A stretch of 64,000 bases of DNA from an uncultured Planctomycetales bacterium (GTDB lineage Bacteria; Omnitrophota; Gorgyraeia; Gygaellales; Profunditerraquicolaceae): assembly GCA_964467905.1 (NCBI GenBank), contig CAYXSY010000004.1:1182-65181 (forward strand), written 5' to 3'. The notes under the pieces were generated by a model. The model searched no databases and was not told the origin of the DNA. It was given only the letters and a program-made list of their open reading frames with translations. Positions within the stretch are counted from its first letter, which is position 1. The number at the start of each line of letters is the position of its first letter. Position numbers and translations under genes: made by a program. Below are positions 8,671 to 16,053 of this stretch, piece by piece.

Positions 8671-10859
8671 TTATGGAACATATAAATTCTGGCTTGATCC
8701 TGGAAGTATCAGTGCAGGGAAATGTTTTGAAAATGGCCTTATTTGAGCGTGAGTCTTTTGCTCAAACTGTTAGGCATTATAATAATGTTGTTGTAGATTT
8801 CAGGCAAATCCAGCATCTCTCCGAGGATATTATCAATAGCTTAAATAGATCTCTTGTTAAGGAAGATATAGATATCTCGGAAAATATAAGAAAGACAGGG
8901 CAGCTTCTCTGGGATTATATTATTGCTAAGCCGGTTAAGGAAAAGTTAAGGCATGTTTCTAGCCAGGACTTAATTTTATCTTTAGAAGAAGAGCTCTCAG
9001 GTATCCCTTGGGAAATGCTTTACGACGGCGTTGATTTTCTATCCCTTAAGTTTAATATAGGCAGATTGCTGAAATCACAAGGCAATACACCTACGCCCAG
9101 ATATCGTAGTTTAAGTTCGGGATTAAAAATGCTTATTTTGGCTGACCCGGGCGGAGATTTGAAGTCTTCTTATCGGGAAGGATTGTATATCAGAAACCGA
9201 TTCGAGAGGAAGCAGGAGAAAATCACGATAGATTTTAAGTCTACGCAGATAGAGAGAATTTATGTTAAAAAAAACCTGCGTGACTACGATATAGTCCATT
9301 TTGCCGGGCATTGCGAATATAGCCAGACAGAACCGCTTAAAACAGGCTGGATATTGAGTGATGGCAAGTTTAGTATTGAAGATATTCAAGCTCTCTCCCA
9401 AAGCCCGCATTTTCCATCTTTGGTTTTTTCAAATTCATGCCACTCGGCTACGTTGGATGCTGATACGCAGATGTGTTGTTCTCAAAGAGAGAATTATAAT
9501 TTGGCTCAGGCTTTCTTGTTTGCTGGCGTAAGGCATTATATAGGATCTATACGCAAGATAGAAGATAGTGCTAGCTTAGCTTTTGCCAGCGAATTCTACG
9601 ATAATTTGATTAAAGGCAGAAGCATAGGAGAATGTATGCGTCTGGGGCGCCTGAAGTTGAAACAGGAGTATGGCCCCAGGGATTCTTTTTGGGCTAGCTA
9701 TTTGCTTTATGGAGATCCGAGTTTTTCGTTTTTTTACCAGCGCCTGAACAGCAGTTCTGGAAGCAAGAAAGACCCGCTTATTTTCAGCAGAAGTTCCTAT
9801 CTTATCTGCATTATTTTTATCCTTACATTATTATTGAGCTTAGCATTCAGGTACCTTCCTACTCTAAACCCGCAGGCATATTCTTTATATCTTAGTTCAA
9901 AGAGCATGCTTTCTAGGGGAGAGAATAAGCAGGCCATTGCTAGCCTAGAGAAGGCTATAACCAGCGATCCGTTATTTCTGGATAATTATGCAATGTTAGC
10001 ACAGCTATATCATAGGACAGCCGATATAGATAATGCGATTAAATATTATTCACTCTATGCCGCAGTAAGCGAAAAGAAAAAAGACTATATTAATTTATCC
10101 AAGGCATATATTTATTTAGGCTGGGTTTATCATCTGCAAGGCAATTATCCAAAGGCCTTTGATTTTTATAATAAGGCATTGTCATTGAGTATCGATAGGC
10201 GCGATAGACTTAACCAGGCTTCTGCATTGAGAAAGCTGGCTATTTGGTATTTGGATAAGGAGGACTACGATAAATCTCTTGAGCTGTTGGTTAAGAGTTC
10301 CGAGATTAACCGTAATGGTAAAGGTTTGCGTGAGCATAAATATAATCTTGCCTGCGATTATTTTGATATCGGTCTGGTTTTTACCAATAAAGAAGATTAT
10401 GCCAGCGCAAAAGAGTTCTATAACAAGAGCAGAAAGCTTTTTGAAAGTTTAAAGTTGGATAATGAGCTTAGCGATTACTGGTTTAATTTAGGCGAGATTA
10501 GCCTTTTTGATAAAGAATATAATACAGCCATTTCTTATTACAAGAGAGGCTTGGTGATAGATCAGAAACAGGGAAATTTGTTTAACTTAGCCTCAGATTA
10601 TAATATGATGGGCGAGTTTTTTATAGAAACCGGCGATATTAAAGAAGCAGAAAAATATTTTGAGAAGGCATTAGATATCTGCCGGAGAATAAAATCACCT
10701 ATGGATTTGGCTTCTGTTTATTATAATCTAGGAATGCTTTATAAAGCAAAAGAGCAAAAGCAGAGAGCAATTGATTATTTAAGGAAGGCGCAGGAGATAT
10801 ATTCTTCTATAGATACACCTGATTATGCTAATATAAAAGAAGAAATAATTAATTTTTAA
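8667..10859 (+). CDS. CHAT domain (caspase-like) protein with central TM helix and C-terminal TPR array
   Basis: IVHFAGHCEY (His codon 9309-9311) and LVFSNSCHSA (Cys codon 9438-9440) match the CHAT His/Cys dyad context. A hydrophobic helix YLICIIFILTLLLSLAF follows. After it come many TPR-like repeats (AIxxYxKAL-type). The start ATG overlaps the anti-sigma stop (ATGA-type coupling). Confidence 0.8.
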   Translation: MIMEHINSGLILEVSVQGNVLKMALFERESFAQTVRHYNNVVVDFRQIQHLSEDIINSLNRSLVKEDIDISENIRKTGQLLWDYIIAKPVKEKLRHVSSQDLILSLEEELSGIPWEMLYDGVDFLSLKFNIGRLLKSQGNTPTPRYRSLSSGLKMLILADPGGDLKSSYREGLYIRNRFERKQEKITIDFKSTQIERIYVKKNLRDYDIVHFAGHCEYSQTEPLKTGWILSDGKFSIEDIQALSQSPHFPSLVFSNSCHSATLDADTQMCCSQRENYNLAQAFLFAGVRHYIGSIRKIEDSASLAFASEFYDNLIKGRSIGECMRLGRLKLKQEYGPRDSFWASYLLYGDPSFSFFYQRLNSSSGSKKDPLIFSRSSYLICIIFILTLLLSLAFRYLPTLNPQAYSLYLSSKSMLSRGENKQAIASLEKAITSDPLFLDNYAMLAQLYHRTADIDNAIKYYSLYAAVSEKKKDYINLSKAYIYLGWVYHLQGNYPKAFDFYNKALSLSIDRRDRLNQASALRKLAIWYLDKEDYDKSLELLVKSSEINRNGKGLREHKYNLACDYFDIGLVFTNKEDYASAKEFYNKSRKLFESLKLDNELSDYWFNLGEISLFDKEYNTAISYYKRGLVIDQKQGNLFNLASDYNMMGEFFIETGDIKEAEKYFEKALDICRRIKSPMDLASVYYNLGMLYKAKEQKQRAIDYLRKAQEIYSSIDTPDYANIKEEIINF

Positions 10860-10927
10860 ATAGCCGTCTCTTAATATAAAAATCAATTTAGTTTGGAAAT
10901 TTACTTAAAAACCATTATAATTGTATT

Positions 10928-12103
10928 ATGAATAATCAGAAGCCCAGCACCATACTTATAGTTTCTTCAGACAAAGAGCTCAGGAAGATACTCAATATCT
11001 GTCTTGTGGGGTGGGGGTATAAGGTTTGTTTGTGGGATAGTGTTGTCGGTGATACCGGTCCGATTAAGAAAATATCTCCGGATGTCATCGTTATAGACGT
11101 GCATACCGCAAATAAAACTGATTTAGAGATATGCCATACATTAAAGAATGACTTTATGACCGCATTTATACCTGTTGTTACTCTGATAAATAAAAGACAG
11201 CTTCGCGGGCAGCTGTTGAATCTAAAGCATGGAGTAGATGATTATCTTATCAAGCCGCCTGATCCGCTTGATTTGCGAATCAGAATAGAGATGGCTTTAA
11301 AGAGGGTGCAGCATAGTTTTTATGTCAGTCCGCTCACTGGCCTCCCGGGAACGAGGATATGCGAAGAAGTATTGAATGATATTTTAGTAACGGGAAAACC
11401 TTTTTCTCTAGGCTATCTTGATATAGACAACTTCAAGTGTTTTAATGATAACTACGGTTATGTTAAAGGCGATATGGTTATAATGCAGGTTGCCTACATG
11501 CTTTATGTAACTATAAAGAAATACGGCACGTCAACGGATTTTATAGGCCACATAGGCGGCGATGATTTTGTTTTTATTACTTCTACCGATAAGTATAAAG
11601 CAGTATGCCATAATTTTATAACTCTTTTTGATAGGGTAATCCCGTTTCATTACACTGTCGAAGACAGGAATAACGGTTTCATCGTTGCCAGAAACAGGAA
11701 TAACCAGGTAAGAAAAACGTCGTTAATGACAGTTTCCATAGCTGTGGTAAACAGGCTTGGGGCATCCGAATTCAAAAATATATTTCAGGTTAATGAAAAG
11801 GCTGCTGAAATTAAGGGATATCTTAAAGGGATACCCGGCAGTAAGTTTATGGCAGAGAGAAGAAATGTTAAAAGTCCGGATCATTTGAACCCGCAGGTAT
11901 ATAAGAGGCAGGGCCATGCAGTAGATTCTTATAAACCTTTGGGCCAAAGGCTGCTTGAAAAACACATCATTTCTTCTGATGAGCTTGATAGTGCTTTAAA
12001 TTCGCACTGGAGAAGAGGTATGCTTTTGGGTGAGACTTTAAAAGAATTGGGTTTGGTAAAAGAGGAACAACTTGAGCGCTTGCTTTCCGAGGAGGGCAGA
12101 TGA
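10928..12103 (+). CDS. atypical receiver - GGDEF-like (GGDDF) - MshEN/T2SSE_N-like domain protein
   Basis: REC-like N-terminus (ILIVSSDKE...VIVIDV...YLIKP). GGDEF fold (SPLTGLPG, LDIDNFKCFNDNYGYVKGD, GGDDF at 11555-11569). The C-terminus has two tandem LGxxLxxxxxIxxxxLxxxL motifs (PLGQRLLEKHIISSDELDSAL / MLLGETLKELGLVKEEQLERLL), as in c-di-GMP-binding MshEN domains. Confidence 0.7.
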   Translation: MNNQKPSTILIVSSDKELRKILNICLVGWGYKVCLWDSVVGDTGPIKKISPDVIVIDVHTANKTDLEICHTLKNDFMTAFIPVVTLINKRQLRGQLLNLKHGVDDYLIKPPDPLDLRIRIEMALKRVQHSFYVSPLTGLPGTRICEEVLNDILVTGKPFSLGYLDIDNFKCFNDNYGYVKGDMVIMQVAYMLYVTIKKYGTSTDFIGHIGGDDFVFITSTDKYKAVCHNFITLFDRVIPFHYTVEDRNNGFIVARNRNNQVRKTSLMTVSIAVVNRLGASEFKNIFQVNEKAAEIKGYLKGIPGSKFMAERRNVKSPDHLNPQVYKRQGHAVDSYKPLGQRLLEKHIISSDELDSALNSHWRRGMLLGETLKELGLVKEEQLERLLSEEGR

Positions 12104-12624
12104 AAAGATTAATTATATTGTTTTCAATGGTTTTATTTATTGGCGCAGGATTCTCTTGGGCGCAGTCGAATAGCGGCTCTCAAGATGTCGCTGCTTTAAA
12201 GGATGAGATAATCCGCCTGCAGAATAGCGGTGAGCTAAGCATTAAAAGCATTAAAGCATGCTCTAAGATTAATGGCTACGGTTCGTACGTGGAGCTTGAT
12301 CCTCCTAAAGTCAAAAGCGGCGACAGGCTGCTTGTTTATCTTGAACCGGCCAACTACTATATAAATAAAAATAACTCTAAGTACGAAATATATCTGATAG
12401 AAGATATGCTTGTTCTAAATGACAAAGGGGATATCCTTTGGGGTAAGGAAGGAGCGGTTAAATATAATTATTCTTCTGATAATCCGGTGTTAGATTTATT
12501 TATTGCTAACGCTATTGATATTAAGGGGCTTGTTCCCGGCCGTTATATCTTTAAGGCAGAGGTCTCAGATAAGTTAAAATCCCAGAAGGCAAGTGCTATA
12601 TTATCTTTTGAGGTTGTTGAATAG
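12100..12624 (+). CDS. secreted hypothetical protein (signal peptide)
   Basis: 174 aa. N-terminal signal sequence MKRLIILFSMVLFIGAGFSWAQ. The start overlaps the stop of the upstream gene (ATGA). Confidence 0.5.
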   Translation: MKRLIILFSMVLFIGAGFSWAQSNSGSQDVAALKDEIIRLQNSGELSIKSIKACSKINGYGSYVELDPPKVKSGDRLLVYLEPANYYINKNNSKYEIYLIEDMLVLNDKGDILWGKEGAVKYNYSSDNPVLDLFIANAIDIKGLVPGRYIFKAEVSDKLKSQKASAILSFEVVE

Positions 12625-12669
12625 CGCGTGCCCTTGACACCGGATTAACTATATGTTAAACTTACTTTG

Positions 12670-12724
12670 ATGCCACGGTGGACAAATAATGATTGTCCAT
12701 AAAACGTGGCATTTTTTGTTTTTA
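12670..12724 (+). terminator. rho-independent terminator (nested stem-loop plus T-run)
   Basis: ATGCCACG (12670-12677) pairs with CGTGGCAT (12705-12712). The stem encloses an inner TGGACAA/TTGTCCA stem and is followed by TTTTTTGTTTTT. Confidence 0.6.
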
Positions 12725-12735
12725 GAAAGGAAACT

Positions 12736-13083
12736 ATGTCATACGCCGGACCGGAAAAACGTAAATACCCACGTCTCGAGCGCGCCTTTCTCGTATATTA
12801 TACCCCTTTATCAGGCCCGCAGGAGTTTGATTTGACCCAGGCTAAAAACATAAGCTTGGGAGGTTTATTGATTACTACCAGTCATCCTCTTGAAAAGGGG
12901 GCTGATCTGTCTTTAAAGATACGCCTTCCGGGGAATTATTACGCGAATCCTACAGCCAGAGTCATAGAGTCCTACCGCGTTAATCCCGGCACCCAGTTTT
13001 ACAATACCCGTCTGCAATTTTCTTCCATGAAAGATGAAGAGCGCAATGCTATGTCGCAGGTGATTGAAAGCTTCTCTAGGTAA
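12736..13083 (+). CDS. PilZ domain protein (c-di-GMP receptor)
   Basis: RKYPR (RxxxR) and NISLGG (D/NxSxxG) motifs. ATG at 12736 follows an AGGAAA RBS. The track start at 12706 lies inside the terminator T-run. Confidence 0.75.
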   Translation: MSYAGPEKRKYPRLERAFLVYYTPLSGPQEFDLTQAKNISLGGLLITTSHPLEKGADLSLKIRLPGNYYANPTARVIESYRVNPGTQFYNTRLQFSSMKDEERNAMSQVIESFSR

Positions 13084-13267
13084 GTTATTCCTCCCAGCCA
13101 AATTTCTTTAAAAAAATCTGTTAGATTTATTATATCTCTTACGTCTATTAAGGTGAGACCGTAATTTTATACCGCATGTGGCTGTATAAGACGGTTTAAC
13201 CCATCCTTAAGCTGGGGGTATCTATTATAAAAATAGGCTTATTGGATATTGGCGTAGGAGGCAGAAG

Positions 13268-14857
13268 ATGTTAAAGCGTTTATTATTTGTTTTTGTTGTC
13301 TTTTTTCTCGAGGCAGTGACGGTATATGCAGATGGTTTATCCTGGAAGCAGATAAGCAGAGATTTACTTGATACTAGAGATGCTGTCTGCAGTTATATTG
13401 ATGGCAATATTATTTATTTGGCGGCCTCAAGCGGGATTTTTATGAGTACGGATAGAGGATCGAACTGGAGGATTGTTTTAGCCGGTAGAAAGATTAATAA
13501 AATATACGCCGATACATCCTTCCCAAAAAGCGTTTACGCTGCTACTTCTGAAGGTATTTGGCAGAGCCCAGACGCAGGACAGAGCTGGAAGCGTATTTTC
13601 AAAGGTAAGGATTCATTGGAAAGGTACAGTACAAGTTTCTTGTCTTTGCCGGATATCATGCTTAACGGTACGCAGTCAGGTCTTTTCTTGAGTACCGACA
13701 AGGGTAGGACCTGGCGTAGGGTATCAGGGTATTTATCCGATACCTGTATATTGGCAATATCTTCATCCGGGGCCAACAGCAAATATATATACGTAGCTTC
13801 CGTGGATGGAGTATATATGTCTTCTGATAAGGGGCAGACTTGGGATAAGATTTATGCGGTTATTGCCCCGGAGAATTATGATGCAGGCTATGAAGAAGAT
13901 GTACAGGAAGATTCGGAACAGTCTTCAATTATAAGATATGTATCTGTTGCTGCGGATAACGATAAAATAATATATATTGCAACTACCGAAGGGGTTTACC
14001 ATAGCGACAATTTAGGTTTAAGCTGGGAGCGCATAAGTAGTTATGGGTTATTAAGCCGGGACGTTTATTTTGTTCTGCCTTTAAGTAAAGATAAGATCTA
14101 TGCTGCGACTAAAACAGGATTATTTTTATTTGATAAAGGGCGTTGGCAGGAATTAACCTTTGGCCTGCCGATAGATGAGATAAGATCAGTCTACAGCGAT
14201 AAAAAAGAAAATCTTTATCTTGCAACTGACCGAGGATTATTTATGAGCCAGGGGGGCAAGAATGAGATTAATGTGGATAAAGATTATCATGATAGTATTA
14301 TTTCTGATGGAGAAGAGCCGGGTATAAATAAAGTCCAGGAAGCGGCTATCGAATATGCGGAGGTTAACATCAAGAAAATCAAAGATTGGAGAAAACAGGC
14401 TCAATTGCGTGCTTTTCTGCCTAAGATAGCGGTGGATTTTGATTGCGATAGGGATAAAACAGTCTCTACCAATACGTGGGGCATATATAGTTCTTATAGC
14501 AACAGCAATATCACTGCTCCGGCAAGGCATTATGTCGGCCCGGATGATAGTACCAGGTACTATAATAATAACTGGGGTGTTTCTTTGGTCTGGGAATTGG
14601 GGGACTTGATTTGGAGCGAAGCCCAAACTTCCATCGATGTGCGCTCTAGGCTTATGGTTCAACTCAGAGACGACGTGTTGGACGAGGTTACGAAGCTTTA
14701 TTTCGAGAGGATTCGTGTCAGAATGGAATTGGACAATTTGTCTATAGAGGACAGGAAAAAGCGTTTCGAGAAAGAATTGAAGTTGGCAGAATTGACTGCA
14801 CAAATCGATGCGCTTACCGGAGGCTACTTTTCGAGCCAGTTGGAGAAGAAGTATTAA
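13268..14857 (+). CDS. secreted BNR/Asp-box repeat beta-propeller protein; its 3' end is the island integration target
   Basis: Signal peptide plus repeated SxDxGxxW motifs (STDRGSNW, SPDAGQSW, STDKGRTW, SSDKGQTW, SDNLGLSW). The C-terminal ~65 aa are duplicated at 19617-19805. Confidence 0.75.
   Translation: MLKRLLFVFVVFFLEAVTVYADGLSWKQISRDLLDTRDAVCSYIDGNIIYLAASSGIFMSTDRGSNWRIVLAGRKINKIYADTSFPKSVYAATSEGIWQSPDAGQSWKRIFKGKDSLERYSTSFLSLPDIMLNGTQSGLFLSTDKGRTWRRVSGYLSDTCILAISSSGANSKYIYVASVDGVYMSSDKGQTWDKIYAVIAPENYDAGYEEDVQEDSEQSSIIRYVSVAADNDKIIYIATTEGVYHSDNLGLSWERISSYGLLSRDVYFVLPLSKDKIYAATKTGLFLFDKGRWQELTFGLPIDEIRSVYSDKKENLYLATDRGLFMSQGGKNEINVDKDYHDSIISDGEEPGINKVQEAAIEYAEVNIKKIKDWRKQAQLRAFLPKIAVDFDCDRDKTVSTNTWGIYSSYSNSNITAPARHYVGPDDSTRYYNNNWGVSLVWELGDLIWSEAQTSIDVRSRLMVQLRDDVLDEVTKLYFERIRVRMELDNLSIEDRKKRFEKELKLAELTAQIDALTGGYFSSQLEKKY
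14663..14857 (+). repeat. left copy of the duplicated BNR-gene 3' end (putative attL plus island-borne surrogate 3' end)
   Basis: 35-bp perfect core, then ~160 bp that differ from 19652-19805 at roughly one position in five (hand alignment), mostly without changing the protein. Confidence 0.7.
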
Positions 14858-14888
14858 GAAAAATATATTTTCTATGGCAGTAAATAAT

Positions 14889-14928
14889 TTACACTACATT
14901 CTTAATTTTATGGTATAATGTAGTGTAA
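14889..14928. promoter_or_regulatory. perfect 11-bp inverted repeat (TTACACTACAT-N18-ATGTAGTGTAA) overlapping a TATAAT box; putative operator/promoter
   Basis: Arms at 14889-14899 and 14918-14928. TATAAT at 14914-14919 overlaps the right arm. About 70 nt upstream of the first island gene. Confidence 0.55.
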
Positions 14929-14929
14929 G

Positions 14930-14978
14930 CCCCGTTACACCACCGAACTGAAGGATAAGGGTTCTGGGTGTAACGGGG
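14930..14978 (+). promoter_or_regulatory. 12-bp perfect stem-loop in the 5' leader of the first island gene
   Basis: CCCCGTTACACC (14930-14941) pairs with GGTGTAACGGGG (14967-14978). 25-nt loop. Sits immediately upstream of the AAGGAG RBS. Confidence 0.5.
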
Positions 14979-14993
14979 TAAAGGAGAAAAGCC

Positions 14994-15299
14994 ATGAAAG
15001 TATTACAAGGGATTCTATCTGAGAGTAAAGATTATTACCTTCAGGTACGGGAGAAGATTAAGAAAAAGCTAGCCGGTTTGCCAAAAGGTAGCGTAAAGGA
15101 AAGAAAGATAGCCGGCAAGAAATACTATTATCTGCAGCAGAGAGTGGGCAAGAAAGTAGTCCATAAGTATTTAGGTAAGAGTAGGCCCGAAGGGGTCGCA
15201 AACCAAATAAAACAACGCAGAGCATTCAGCTTGGAACTAAAAAAGGTCAATGAGGCATTGAGGATTATCAAACGTTCAGAGGGCAGAAGGCGTGGTTGA
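14994..15299 (+). CDS. small basic hypothetical protein (possible regulator or antitoxin partner of the NTase)
   Basis: 101 aa, Lys/Arg-rich (KERKIAGKKYYYLQQRVGKKVVHKYLGK). Good RBS. The stop overlaps the start of the next gene. Confidence 0.5.
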   Translation: MKVLQGILSESKDYYLQVREKIKKKLAGLPKGSVKERKIAGKKYYYLQQRVGKKVVHKYLGKSRPEGVANQIKQRRAFSLELKKVNEALRIIKRSEGRRRG

Positions 15300-15975
15300 T
15301 CTTATTGGAAAGATTATTAAAGTATTTGTTGATAACAACCTTTTTGAAGAAGGGGTTGAGCTAATCGGCAGCTGGTGTTTTAAATTATACCAGAAGCATC
15401 TTGGAGTAGAGAATTTTCCTCTGCGTACACCGGATATCGATTTTCTGATACCTACGCCTTTTCATGGCAAAGCTCATGCGGACTTTATAGAGCAATTACA
15501 GGCATTGGGTTTCGAGACTGATTTCAAAAGTGACGGCTCGATATATCTCTGGAATGCGGAATTAAAAATTGAGTTTATCACTGCTGAAAAAGGCAAGGGA
15601 ACCGATAGGGCGATTAAGGTTAATAAGCTAGGTATTAATGCTATCCCCTTAAGGCATGTTGGCTTGCTTCTGGATAAGCCAATAATTATCACGGATAACG
15701 GAATGAAAATCCGAGTCCCTGCGCCCAGCCGTTTCTGCCTGCATAAGCTTATCATTGCCTCTCGCAGAAGAAAACCGGATAAACGTTTAAAAGACCTGCA
15801 GCAGGCAATTTATACCTCTACAATTGTCGATAAGAAGGAAATGCAAGAGTTATTCCGGACCCTACCGAAGAAGTGGCGTCAGGCTGTGTTAAGGATGTTG
15901 GATGAGGCTAAGCCGGAATTCCCTTTAATGGATACAGAGATGGAGAGGCTATCGATTACACTACAAAGTATGTAA
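15292..15975 (+). CDS. nucleotidyltransferase-fold protein (AbiEii / GSU2403-like)
   Basis: 227 aa. LIGSWCF...LRTPDIDFLIP resembles the G[GS]...R-T-x-D-I-D-F signature of AbiEii-type and related pol-beta-fold NTases. Confidence 0.55.
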   Translation: MVDLIGKIIKVFVDNNLFEEGVELIGSWCFKLYQKHLGVENFPLRTPDIDFLIPTPFHGKAHADFIEQLQALGFETDFKSDGSIYLWNAELKIEFITAEKGKGTDRAIKVNKLGINAIPLRHVGLLLDKPIIITDNGMKIRVPAPSRFCLHKLIIASRRRKPDKRLKDLQQAIYTSTIVDKKEMQELFRTLPKKWRQAVLRMLDEAKPEFPLMDTEMERLSITLQSM

Positions 15976-15994
15976 TAGTCAATATGTAGTGTAA
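15956..15994. promoter_or_regulatory. second copy of the TTACACTACA / ATGTAGTGTAA inverted repeat
   Basis: Left arm 15956-15966 (10/11 match), right arm 15984-15994 (11/11), 17-nt spacer. Spans the stop codon of the NTase gene, upstream of the next gene. Confidence 0.5.
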
Positions 15995-16041
15995 AAGCTA
16001 CAAGATAATCCTTGAGATATTTAAAACGTTCGTTAATTTCT

Positions 16042-16051
16042 GGGGGGGGGG
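16042..16051 (+). repeat. G10 homopolymer tract immediately upstream of the ATG at 16054
   Basis: Ten consecutive G at 16042-16051, 2 nt before the preferred start codon. Confidence 0.9.
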
Positions 16052-16053
16052 AT

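Noticed and set aside
12630-12665. TTGACA-containing promoter-like sequence right after the 12100-12624 gene
   Set aside because: It lies upstream of a strong terminator hairpin (12670-12724), so a transcript from it would terminate at once. The match is probably fortuitous, although an attenuator arrangement for the PilZ gene cannot be fully excluded.
13084-13267. 184-nt intergenic region upstream of the BNR gene as a possible riboswitch or sRNA
   Set aside because: I found only weak, interrupted stems (ACCGT/ACGGT, TATAC/GTATA). I recognise no riboswitch consensus and see no terminator.
14237-14803. 188-aa minus-strand ORF inside the BNR-repeat gene
   Set aside because: It is antisense to a gene with clear Asp-box repeats, and I recognise no motifs in it. 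It is a shadow ORF.
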